DNA from: an uncultured Methylophilaceae bacterium
GTDB taxonomy: Bacteria > Pseudomonadota > Gammaproteobacteria > Burkholderiales > Methylophilaceae
Direction: 5' to 3'
Assembly: GCA_903914945.1 (NCBI GenBank)
Contig: CAIWQV010000015.1
Location: forward strand, 10 to 64,009
DNA: 64,000 nt
The translations under genes were made by a program, and so were the position numbers. Below, piece after piece: positions 63,737 through 64,000 of this stretch. Position 1 is the stretch's first letter. Each line of letters opens with the position of its first letter. The notes under the pieces are model-generated. The model worked only from the letters and a program-made list of their open reading frames with translations, was not told the DNA's origin and did not search any database.

Positions 63737-63979
63737 CTAAAACCCAAAAAGTTTTAAATAGCCAATCAAAAATAAAGGAATTTGTAATCCAAAATTAATC
63801 ATGATGGCTTTATCTTTACTTAGATAGCCTGTGAATGTCCAACCTAATACACCTAAGCTATGGAAAAAAATATTGTAAGGGTAAAGATTAAGGTTGGTGA
63901 GAAGTAGCCCTAGTAAAATAAAAAAAGTGGCAAACCACTTTAAATTTTTTTTAAGAAATTTTTTTGTAGCTTTAAGCAA
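63737..63979 (-). CDS. Small 3-TM membrane protein (DUF6552-like)
   Basis: KW.AT...L.G..L...N.YP.N...H..G..GW...G....D.A...N pattern. Confidence 0.6.
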   Translation of the reverse strand: MLKATKKFLKKNLKWFATFFILLGLLLTNLNLYPYNIFFHSLGVLGWTFTGYLSKDKAIMINFGLQIPLFLIGYLKLFGF

Positions 63980-64000
63980 TTTAAAAAATCTTAACCGAAC

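Overview
AT-rich, very tightly packed core-genome segment of a streamlined betaproteobacterium. Gene content, synteny and composition suggest Methylophilaceae, e.g. a Ca. Methylopumilus-like organism (inference). It holds about 65 CDS and 2 tRNAs: miaB-ybeZ-ybeY-corC, cysG, an OmpR/EnvZ(RisA/RisS)-type system divergent from a secreted EF-hand protein, TPR-lolB-ispE-tRNAGln-prs-rplY-pth-ychF-tRNAMet, a GldA/F/G-like ABC module with mutM, ftsYEX-rpoH-ubiEJB-SSS, an M16 peptidase pair-rsmD-coaD-fdx-gloA, hrcA-hemH-[heptose/LPS genes + edd-eda]-grpE-dnaK-dnaJ, nadK-recN, fur, bamE-dapB-carAB-greA and rlmE-ftsH-folP-glmM. I saw no mobile element, CRISPR array or prophage. Most notable: a secreted protein with a lanmodulin-like EF-hand loop behind an OmpR box; a two-state carA leader that can hide the RBS; all 7 convergent CDS pairs abutting at exactly 0 or -4 bp; a tRNA-Met with a swapped A54/U58 T-loop; and a CIRCE element overlapping a sigmaE-type promoter at rpoH. 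Product calls come from motif and synteny recognition, not database searches.
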